NCBI GenBank assembly: GCA_030595485.1
Contig: JAUVDE010000001.1
Location: 1 to 35,792, forward strand
DNA: 35,792 nt
Source of the DNA: Draconibacterium sp.
GTDB lineage: Bacteria > Bacteroidota > Bacteroidia > Bacteroidales > Prolixibacteraceae
Reading direction: 5' to 3'
Of the stretch, positions 8,514 to 16,305 are shown piece by piece (the first letter of the stretch is position 1; each line of letters opens with the position of its first letter). The notes below the pieces were generated by a model. It was not told the origin of the DNA. It ran no database searches and worked only from the letters and a program-made list of their open reading frames with translations. Made by a program: the position numbers and the translations under genes.

Positions 8514-10459
8514 TACCAGGTTTTTTTTAGTTTCCAATTTTCAAGTTCTTCGTGTGTGTGTGCCCAATCGTGCATTGTTTGCTCTAAATCGGCTTTTCGT
8601 TTATCGTAATTTTCAAAAATAGAGTGGTCTTCCAGTTCAACTGATGATGACAATTGTTTGTCGATTGCCTCAATTTCTTCTTCAAGTTTGGCAATTTCCT
8701 CTTCTGTTTGAATTACTTTTTTCTCCAAACGCGAAATCGTACGATTCACTTCTTTTCGCTCTTCAAAGGTAAGCTCATTTGTTGATTTTACCTTACTTTC
8801 TTGTTTTGTTGTTCTTGCCGCTCCTTTTTTTGCTTCCAGCTCTTTCAGCGATTCCATTTTTTTACGATAAAGGAAATCGAAAATCCCACCAAGGTGTTGT
8901 CTTGCTTTTTTATTTCGAAACTCGTAAATACAATTTATTAATCCGTCGAGGAAATCGCGGTCGTGCGAAACCACCAAAACAGTTCCGGGGAAATTAGCCA
9001 AAGCATTTTTTAGAATTTCTTTCGAGCGCATATCCAAATGGTTGGTTGGCTCATCTAATATCAGAAAGTTAACCGGTTCCAGCATCAAACGAATCATTGC
9101 CAGTCTTGACTTTTCTCCGCCACTTAATACCTTAACTTTTTTGTCAATGTCTTCTCCTCGGAAAAGAAAAGCGGCCAAAATATCTCTTATTCTTGTGCGA
9201 ATATCACCAATGGCAATTTGGTCAATCGTTTCAAAAATGGTTAGTTCTTCATTTAAAAGTTGTGCTTGGTTTTGTGCAAAATAACCCACTTTAACATTAT
9301 GCCCAAGTGTCAAGCTGCCTTCATGTTGCAGCTCGTCCATTATAATTCGGGCAAGCGTGGTTTTACCTTCTCCGTTTCGACCAATAAAAGCTACTTTTTC
9401 CCCATTTTCAATGGTAAGGTCTACATCTTTTAATACCTCGAGAGTACCATATGATTTGCTTATGTGTTTAGCTTCTACAACAACTTTACCCGAACGAGGA
9501 GGGGGAGGGAAGTTTAATTTTAATGCTGAGTTATCTTCCTCTTCAATTTCTAGTCTATCCAGTCTGTTCAGCTGCTTTACCCTCGACTGAACTTGCACTG
9601 CTTTGCTCGCTTTGTACCTGAAACGTTCAATAAAACGTTCGGTATCCTCAATCATCTTTTGCTGGTTACGGTAGGCGGCTAGTTGCACTTCCTTTTGTTC
9701 CTCTTTCCAAACAATAAACTTTGAGTAGTTCATACGTTGGTCAGTAATTTTTCCCAGCGAAATTTCAATGGTTCGGTTACCCACAGCATCCAGGAAGGTA
9801 CGATCGTGTGAAACCAAAACAACAGCACCTGAATATGTTTTTAGGAAATCTTCCAGCCACTGAATAGATTCAATATCGAGATGGTTGGTAGGCTCATCCA
9901 AAAGAAAAACATCGGGTTTACGTAAAAGAAGTTTTACCAGCTCCACACGCATACGCCATCCTCCACTAAATTCAGAGGTCATTCGATTGAAATCGCTTCT
10001 TTCAAATCCAAGCCCAAGTATGGTTTGCTCCAACTCGGCTTCGTAATTATCGCCCCCCAACATTTGGTAACGTTCATTTAATTCAGTTACCAAGTCCAGC
10101 TTTTTTAGATATTCTTCAGCGTGGTAATCGTTACTTTCAGCAATTTCCGTATTTAATTTGGCAATTTTCTTTTCCAGCTCAATTAGCTCCTCAAATGCCA
10201 GAGTAGCTTCTTCTTTTAAAGTTCTGGAGTCAACAATTTTCATTTGCTGAGGCAAGTAGCCAATTGAAACATCTTTGGGAATCCCCACACTTCCTGCAGT
10301 TTGATTTTCTTGGCCCGTAATAATTTTAAGCAATGTTGTTTTTCCAGCACCATTTTTTCCAATTAGCCCAATCCTGTCTTTAGGATTAATTAAAAAGCTA
10401 ATCTCTTTAAATAGTTCGAAGCCACCAAAACTCAGGTTTATTTTATCTAATGAAATCAT
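8513..10459 (-). CDS. ABC-F family ribosome-associated ATPase
   Basis: Two ABC domains (GKNGAGKTT/FSGGWRMR/LDEPTNHLD and GRNGEGKTT/LSGGEKSR/LDEPTNHLD), no TM segments, C-terminal coiled coil; ATG at 10459 preferred over TTG at 10465. Confidence 0.95.
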   Translation of the reverse strand: MISLDKINLSFGGFELFKEISFLINPKDRIGLIGKNGAGKTTLLKIITGQENQTAGSVGIPKDVSIGYLPQQMKIVDSRTLKEEATLAFEELIELEKKIAKLNTEIAESNDYHAEEYLKKLDLVTELNERYQMLGGDNYEAELEQTILGLGFERSDFNRMTSEFSGGWRMRVELVKLLLRKPDVFLLDEPTNHLDIESIQWLEDFLKTYSGAVVLVSHDRTFLDAVGNRTIEISLGKITDQRMNYSKFIVWKEEQKEVQLAAYRNQQKMIEDTERFIERFRYKASKAVQVQSRVKQLNRLDRLEIEEEDNSALKLNFPPPPRSGKVVVEAKHISKSYGTLEVLKDVDLTIENGEKVAFIGRNGEGKTTLARIIMDELQHEGSLTLGHNVKVGYFAQNQAQLLNEELTIFETIDQIAIGDIRTRIRDILAAFLFRGEDIDKKVKVLSGGEKSRLAMIRLMLEPVNFLILDEPTNHLDMRSKEILKNALANFPGTVLVVSHDRDFLDGLINCIYEFRNKKARQHLGGIFDFLYRKKMESLKELEAKKGAARTTKQESKVKSTNELTFEERKEVNRTISRLEKKVIQTEEEIAKLEEEIEAIDKQLSSSVELEDHSIFENYDKRKADLEQTMHDWAHTHEELENWKLKKTW

Positions 10460-10479
10460 ATTCAATAAAAATAGAAGCG

Positions 10480-10487
10480 CAAAGATA
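10480..10487 (-). promoter_or_regulatory. sigma-70 -7 element proximal to the ABC-F gene
   Basis: Minus strand TATCTTTG(C), 20 nt upstream of the ATG. Confidence 0.7.
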
Positions 10488-10524
10488 ATTATTAAAGGAA
10501 GACTAGAAAGTTAGAATTTTGGGC

Positions 10525-10546
10525 AAAAAAAATACCCTTACGGGTA
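10525..10546 (-). terminator. Short intrinsic terminator
   Basis: Minus strand UACCC-GUAA-GGGUA (GNRA loop) followed by U8. Confidence 0.6.
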
Positions 10547-10692
10547 AAAAAAGGAAGGGGAAAGCTCTATGGACGCTTTTTGAAGATGATTGATAATTTA
10601 CAAACCCCTAAACACAAAACCAATCATAAATACAGAAGTCGCTTCCCCCTTTTAAGTTTTACTTATTGAAAATAAAACCAACCATTAAATCA
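10525..10692 (-). ncRNA. Candidate structured sRNA or attenuator leader (about 165 nt)
   Basis: Bounded by the TATATTTG promoter (10697-10704) and the terminator; 11-bp outer stem AAGGGGGAAGC/GCUUUCCCCUU and inner stem AUGAUUGGU/AUCAAUCAU; contains two similar mini-ORFs; TSS is estimated. Confidence 0.6.
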
Positions 10693-10696
10693 AGAG

Positions 10697-10704
10697 CAAA
10701 TATA
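10697..10704 (-). promoter_or_regulatory. sigma-70 -7 element driving the candidate sRNA/leader
   Basis: Minus strand TATATTTG(C). Confidence 0.7.
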
Positions 10705-10849
10705 GGGAATAGAAATTCTTAGAAAAGTTATATAAAACATAAAACACTTTTGTACAGGCAATGTGACTTTATTTTCCCACAATGGGAAGCTTTGAATTTA
10801 TTTGGGAATGTGGTTCGTTGGTGGGGTAGGTGAATGTATAATAATGAGT

Positions 10850-10857
10850 TATATTTG
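10850..10857 (+). promoter_or_regulatory. sigma-70 -7 element for rlmD
   Basis: TATATTTG(C), 17 nt before the GTG start. Confidence 0.7.
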
Positions 10858-10874
10858 CAGCAAAATTATTGAAC

Positions 10875-12284
10875 GTGGCTAGAAATAGAAAAAAACCTTT
10901 TTACGAGAATGTAAAAATTGAAGACATAGGTGCTGAGGGAAAAGCTGTTGCCAAAGTAGGCGAAATGGTAGTATTTACAAAAATGGCAATTCCTGGCGAT
11001 GTGGTTGATTTACAGGTTACAAAAAAACGCAAACGCTTTCAGGAAGCTTTTATAAAGGAGTATAAAGAGTATAGCAATGATCGAGTTGATGCATTTTGCG
11101 AACACTTTGGAACTTGTGGTGGATGTAAATGGCAAATGTTGCCTTACGATAAACAATTGTTTTACAAACAAAAACAGGTGAAGGATCAACTTTTAAGAAT
11201 AGGGAAAGTTGAAATTCCTGAAATTATGCCAATACTTGGTTCTAAAGAAAACACGTTTTATAGAAATAAGCTAGAATTTACATTTTCGAATAAACGGTGG
11301 CTAACATTTGATGAAGTAGAAGCCGGAAATGAGATTGAAAAACCCGATGCACTAGGTTTTCATGTGCCAGGTTTATTTGATAAAGTAATTAACATCACTA
11401 AATGTTGGTTGCAACCTGAACCTTCGAATAAAATAAGAAACTTTATCTATGAGTACGCAATTGATAATGGACTAGCGTTTTTCGATATTCGAGCACAAAC
11501 AGGTTTCTTACGCACCTTAATACTGCGCACGAGTTCTACGGGGGAAAATATGCTTATCATAACTTTTTACCACGAGGATGAAAGTAAGCGAACGGCTTTA
11601 TTAGAAGCTGTTAAAAATGAGTTTCCTGAGATTACCTCGCTGCTATATGTAATTAACACAAAAGGAAATGATACAATAACCGATCAAAAAATCGAGGTCT
11701 TTAACGGAAGAGAATACATTTTGGAAGAAATGGAGGGACTGAAGTTTAAAATAGGCGCAAAAAGTTTTTACCAAACAAATTCGGAGCAAGCTTATACTTT
11801 ATACAAGGTAACCCGCGATTTTGCTGAATTGGATGGAACAGAAACAGTTTATGATCTTTATACAGGCACAGGAACGATTGCAAATTTTGTGGCAAGGAGT
11901 GCAAAAAAGGTGGTTGGGATTGAATATGTTCCCGAGGCTATTGAAGATGCAAAAGTAAATTCGCAACTAAACGGAATTACGAATACGTCTTTTTTTGCTG
12001 GTGACATGAAAGATGTGCTTAACGAAGACTTTGTTCGTAAGCATGGCAAGCCGGAAGTAATTATAACAGATCCTCCTCGAGCAGGAATGCATGCCGATGT
12101 AATTAATACCATTTTAAAAGTAGCTCCAAATAAAATAGTTTATGTTAGTTGTAACCCTGCAACTCAGGCTCGAGATATCGCAATTTTGGACGAATTTTAC
12201 CAAATTGAGAAAATATGTCCTGTTGACATGTTCCCACACACCCATCACGTCGAAAATGTGGTGTTACTTACAAAAAGAGCTTGA
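10875..12284 (+). CDS. rlmD: 23S rRNA (uracil-1939-C5)-methyltransferase RlmD
   Basis: N-terminal TRAM domain, Fe-S motif CEHFGTCGGC, SFYQTN, DLYTGTG, DPPRAG, YVSCNP, DMFPHTHHVE; GTG at 10875 preferred over TTG at 10869. Confidence 0.95.
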   Translation: MARNRKKPFYENVKIEDIGAEGKAVAKVGEMVVFTKMAIPGDVVDLQVTKKRKRFQEAFIKEYKEYSNDRVDAFCEHFGTCGGCKWQMLPYDKQLFYKQKQVKDQLLRIGKVEIPEIMPILGSKENTFYRNKLEFTFSNKRWLTFDEVEAGNEIEKPDALGFHVPGLFDKVINITKCWLQPEPSNKIRNFIYEYAIDNGLAFFDIRAQTGFLRTLILRTSSTGENMLIITFYHEDESKRTALLEAVKNEFPEITSLLYVINTKGNDTITDQKIEVFNGREYILEEMEGLKFKIGAKSFYQTNSEQAYTLYKVTRDFAELDGTETVYDLYTGTGTIANFVARSAKKVVGIEYVPEAIEDAKVNSQLNGITNTSFFAGDMKDVLNEDFVRKHGKPEVIITDPPRAGMHADVINTILKVAPNKIVYVSCNPATQARDIAILDEFYQIEKICPVDMFPHTHHVENVVLLTKRA

Positions 12285-12432
12285 CTAATTAAGTAAAATG
12301 AGCTAACTTGGTGAACCTAAATGCAATCAGAAATGTTGCATGCGGTAAAATAAGGGTCATATTAAGAGCATATACATGTTTCTTAATATTTGGTATAATT
12401 AATGTTTTACAAAAATCCTAAATTCAGATATT

Positions 12433-13995
12433 ATGAAAAAAGTAATACTTATTCTATTGGGTATTCTTCCAATTATGTTAGTTGCACAAAATAAATGTGT
12501 ATACTTTGAGAAGATGGTAAAGTTGCAAGTTGAGAAAACGGACCTCAATACTGTTGAAAGTGATTTTGGTCCAGCTTTTGTCGGAGATGAGTTATATCAT
12601 TCATCATATACCGATGAGGAACTTGAAAAGCTATCCAAAGGAAAGAAAAAGAAAATTAATTACGACGTATTTACTTCAAATGTCGATGCAACCGGAAACG
12701 TGGTTGGATCGAGGTCAGTTCGACTAGCAGATCAAAGTGAAGGCTATCATGTTGGACCGGTTTCTTATTGTGAAAAAACGGGTGAAATATTTGTAACCAT
12801 AAGTAACTTTGAGAATCCTGCTCCCAGAGGAACAAATAAAGCCTACCAAGCGCTTGATGTGAAACTAAAAATATTTATTGGTGAAAAAGTGGATGGTAAA
12901 TGGACAAAAACAGGTGAACTTCCATTCAATAGTCCTGATTATTCCGTTGGTCATCCTTCTGTTACGTCATCGGGTGATACCTTGTATTTTGTTTCAGACA
13001 TACCTGAAAAAGGTATCGGTGGAACTGATATTTATATGACTGTTAGAAAAAATGGAGTATGGGGAGATATGATTAATCTTGGAGATAAGATTAATACTGT
13101 CGAAAACGAAATGTTTCCATTCATATATAAAGACAAGATGCTGATATTTGCATCGAATGGTAGAAAAGAAACTGATGATTTGGACTTGTACCATGTTGGA
13201 ATGTTTGGTAAAAATATGACCGCAATTACTGAAATTGAGCAATTGAATTCAGAAGCCGATGATTTCGGATTTATAATACATAAGAAAGAAGAAGTGGGGT
13301 ATTTTACCTCGAATAGAGAAGGAGGAGTTGGTGATGACGATATTTACAAAGTACTTATCGAAAAAATTCCTCAAGGAAAACATGAACTCGAGTTAATCGT
13401 AAGAGATAGAAATACAAACGAACAGATTCGCGATGCGAAAATTGGTTTTGGAGATGCTTTGTTAACCATTGCAGGCTTGATCTTTAAAAGAGATTTGGAG
13501 AAAGAAAAAAGCTACATCGTTAAAACAAACATGGAAGGCTACATGAACGATTCGAAAACTATTTCAACCGTAGGTAAACCATTTGGTGTGATAAGGGAAA
13601 CACTCTATGTAGAGAAGGTTGTGGTTGGTCAGAAGTTCGTTATGGACAATATTTATTACGATTTCGACAAATGGGATATTCTTCCTGAATCGAAAATTGA
13701 GTTGGATAAATTAGTGAAGGTGATGAATGATAATCCAAGCTGGAAAGTTGAACTTGGTTCGCATACAGACTGTAGAGGTAGTGACCCATACAATAAAATA
13801 TTAAGTCAGAAACGTTCTGATTCAGCAATTGGATACATTATAGGTAAGGGTATTGCTGAAGGTAGAATAATTGCTAAAGGTTATGGTGAAACAGAATTGG
13901 TGAACGAATGTGATGATGGCGTTAAGTGTTCTGAAGCAGACCACAGAAAGAACCGTCGTACTGAATTTAAAATTTTAGAAATGGACGGAAAATAG
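12433..13995 (+). CDS. PD40 beta-propeller plus OmpA-like peptidoglycan-binding protein (PorE-like architecture)
   Basis: Signal peptide; PD40-like repeats (TLYFVSD...GGTDIY, GYFTSNREGGVGDDDIY); OmpA_C NIYYDFDK...SHTDCRG...LSQKR...GYGE...NRRTEF. Confidence 0.88.
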   Translation: MKKVILILLGILPIMLVAQNKCVYFEKMVKLQVEKTDLNTVESDFGPAFVGDELYHSSYTDEELEKLSKGKKKKINYDVFTSNVDATGNVVGSRSVRLADQSEGYHVGPVSYCEKTGEIFVTISNFENPAPRGTNKAYQALDVKLKIFIGEKVDGKWTKTGELPFNSPDYSVGHPSVTSSGDTLYFVSDIPEKGIGGTDIYMTVRKNGVWGDMINLGDKINTVENEMFPFIYKDKMLIFASNGRKETDDLDLYHVGMFGKNMTAITEIEQLNSEADDFGFIIHKKEEVGYFTSNREGGVGDDDIYKVLIEKIPQGKHELELIVRDRNTNEQIRDAKIGFGDALLTIAGLIFKRDLEKEKSYIVKTNMEGYMNDSKTISTVGKPFGVIRETLYVEKVVVGQKFVMDNIYYDFDKWDILPESKIELDKLVKVMNDNPSWKVELGSHTDCRGSDPYNKILSQKRSDSAIGYIIGKGIAEGRIIAKGYGETELVNECDDGVKCSEADHRKNRRTEFKILEMDGK

Positions 13996-14015
13996 TCAAA
14001 CTTACAATAGTTGAG

Positions 14016-14050
14016 AAAAGCTGTTCTGTGTATATGGAACAGCTTTTTTT
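14016..14050 (+). terminator. Intrinsic terminator
   Basis: AAAAGCTGTTC...GAACAGCTTTTTTT. Confidence 0.85.
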
Positions 14051-14249
14051 GTTTTTAAATTATTGAATAGAATAAATCTCTTTTTTGTGTTCCCCGTGTT
14101 TAATCGTAATAAAAATCTCATTTCCTTCTTTTAGATCCAATAGCTTTTCAAATCTTATTACTTTCGCTCAAAAGTAAATCGGAAGTAAATATGTCTTCTG
14201 TGCAGAAACAAGCAGTTAAAATATTTGTTTTTATTTAAAGTTAGATTTT

Positions 14250-15551
14250 ATGTTGGATTATATTCAGAAATATATTGATGAATTGTGGTTTTTATTGTTG
14301 GAAATGGCTCCCTGGCTTTTGCTTGGCTTATTATTTGCCGGCTTGTTAAAGGTTTATTTTCCTCAAAAACATATCGATAAATACCTGGGTAAAGCTGATT
14401 TCAAATCGGCTTTAAATGGTTCATTACTGGGAATTCCGATGCCTTTATGTTCTTGTGGTGTAATTCCCACCGGAATTTCGTTTCATAAAAATGGAGCATC
14501 AAAAGGTGCAACCAACTCATTTCTAATTTCAACTCCGCAAACCGGCGTCGATTCTATTTTTGCAACCTACTCGATGTTAGGTTGGCCATTTGCAGTTTTA
14601 AGGCCAATTGTGGCTTTTGTTACTGGCGTGGCTGGAGGTGTTTTAACCAATCTGTTTGTAAAGGAAAAAGTAAAACCAATTTCTCCTTTTGCAAACTTTA
14701 AGCTTGATGTTGCTGCTGTTGATGGCACTGAGAATTGTGAGGAAAATTGTGATTGTACAGAATCCGATATGGATAAAAGACATTCTGTTATCCAGGTTGC
14801 AAATTATGCTTTTGTAGAGTTGCTGCAAGATATTGCCAAATGGTTGGTCATTGGGTTTTTGGCTGCAGCTTTAATTGCAGTTGTTTTACCGAACGATTTT
14901 TTTAGTCGTTTTCAAGGACTGGGTCTTGTTGAAATTCTGGTTATTCTTTTGGCTTCGGTGCCTATTTATATTTGTGCAACAGGTTCTATTCCTATTGCTG
15001 CAGTGCTTTTACTAAAAGGTGTTTCGCCAGGAGCAGCACTCGTCTTTTTAATGGCGGGGCCTGCAACTAATGTGGCTACGATTACTGTTTTAGGAAAAAC
15101 CATGGGGCGAAAATCTTTAATTATTTATTTGTCTACCATTATTATTGGGGCAATTGTTTTTGGCTTGCTAACTAATTGGCTTATTCCCGCCGATTTTATT
15201 TTAAGCAAAATCATGCACATTCATGGAGATGGTGAGCATCAAATGTTGCCATTTTGGTTGCAGCTTGCTTCCGCCTTAGTTTTGTTGATTTTAATACCCT
15301 TAGGCTACATTTTGCAAAAAGCACATAAGAATAGAAAAATGGAAGTAGCAAAAGGAGTTACTATAAAGGTTGAAGGAATGACTTGTTCTCATTGTGAAGC
15401 AAATGTAAAAAGGAATCTTGAGGCTTTAAAAGGTGTTCGTTCTGTAGTTGTAAATAGTAAAACGAATTCAGTAAAAATAACTGGTGGTATGTTCAGTTTA
15501 AATAAAATAAAAGAAACCGTAAATGGTTTGGGCTATAAATTTATTGGATAA
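14250..15551 (+). CDS. DUF318/ArsP-like (SO_0444-type) metal permease fused to a C-terminal HMA domain
   Basis: PLCSCGVIP, STPQTGVDS, PIYICATGSIP, AGPATN; Cys-rich loop CEENCDC; HMA motif GMTCSHC. Confidence 0.88.
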   Translation: MLDYIQKYIDELWFLLLEMAPWLLLGLLFAGLLKVYFPQKHIDKYLGKADFKSALNGSLLGIPMPLCSCGVIPTGISFHKNGASKGATNSFLISTPQTGVDSIFATYSMLGWPFAVLRPIVAFVTGVAGGVLTNLFVKEKVKPISPFANFKLDVAAVDGTENCEENCDCTESDMDKRHSVIQVANYAFVELLQDIAKWLVIGFLAAALIAVVLPNDFFSRFQGLGLVEILVILLASVPIYICATGSIPIAAVLLLKGVSPGAALVFLMAGPATNVATITVLGKTMGRKSLIIYLSTIIIGAIVFGLLTNWLIPADFILSKIMHIHGDGEHQMLPFWLQLASALVLLILIPLGYILQKAHKNRKMEVAKGVTIKVEGMTCSHCEANVKRNLEALKGVRSVVVNSKTNSVKITGGMFSLNKIKETVNGLGYKFIG

Positions 15552-15583
15552 CGAAATATTCTTCCCTAACTTCGAAATAAAAA

Positions 15584-16267
15584 ATGAACATTTGTAATTT
15601 TCGATTGTGGCTGCTGATCATAGTTGTAGCATTAGGTTTTGTTTCATGTTCGTCAGAAAAGAAAGCAGAAAAAAAGATCACAAAACCTGAATCTCCTATT
15701 TTTCAAGCACCTGAAGGTGGGCAGGTATTATTTGATGGAAATACATTCGGTGGATGGGAAATTACCAATTTCGGAACAGAAGGTCACATCATGGTCACGG
15801 AAGGAAAAATCGTGATAAACATGGGCGATGGCGCAAGTGGTATAACCTGGACCAAAGACTTTCCAACAGTTAATTACGAAGTAAACCTTGAAGCTCGCAA
15901 AACAGTTGGAAATGATTTCTTTTGTGGGATGACTTTTCCTGTTAATGATGATTTTTGTTCGCTAGTTGTTGGTGGATGGGGCGGACCTGTTGTTGGATTA
16001 AGCTGTATTGATGGCGCAGATGCTTCTGATAATGAAACAGAAATCTTAAAACGATTTGATAAAAATGTTTGGTATGAAATTAGGTTGCGCGTAACGGAGG
16101 AAAAGATTACCGCTTGGATTGATGAGGAAAAGCTAATTGATTTTTCTTATACTGGACGTGAATTAACTACACGTCCAGAAGTTGATCTTTCAAAACCATT
16201 CGGAATTTGCACCTGGCTTACAAGTGCTGAACTTAAAAATATTTGGATAAAGAGAATTGAAAATTAA
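15584..16267 (+). CDS. DUF1080 (3-keto-disaccharide hydrolase-like) lipoprotein
   Basis: Lipoprotein signal ending FVSC; LFDGNTFGGW, NYEVNLEA, GGWGG, ELKNIWIK. Confidence 0.8.
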   Translation: MNICNFRLWLLIIVVALGFVSCSSEKKAEKKITKPESPIFQAPEGGQVLFDGNTFGGWEITNFGTEGHIMVTEGKIVINMGDGASGITWTKDFPTVNYEVNLEARKTVGNDFFCGMTFPVNDDFCSLVVGGWGGPVVGLSCIDGADASDNETEILKRFDKNVWYEIRLRVTEEKITAWIDEEKLIDFSYTGRELTTRPEVDLSKPFGICTWLTSAELKNIWIKRIEN

Positions 16268-16276
16268 CTTTCTACG

Positions 16277-16305
16277 ACGTAAAAAGTAGGGATTACTTTT
16301 TACGT
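16277..16305. terminator. Terminator-like hairpin between convergent genes
   Basis: Perfect 12-bp arms ACGTAAAAAGTA/TACTTTTTACGT with a GGGAT loop; overlaps the helicase stop codon. Confidence 0.6.

Noticed and set aside
10525-10692. Calling the candidate RNA a 6S RNA
   Set aside because: Size and nested stems are loosely similar, but the 5' end does not pair with the 3' end as a full rod and I cannot recognise 6S sequence features; needs cmscan
10801-10832. GTGG/TGGG tracts as MraZ boxes or a G-quadruplex
   Set aside because: Spacing is irregular, there is no mraZ or dcw cluster here, and there are too few G3 runs
14191-14238. 15-codon uORF MSSVQKQAVKIFVFI before the metal permease
   Set aside because: No Cys/His content or attenuator structure; expected by chance
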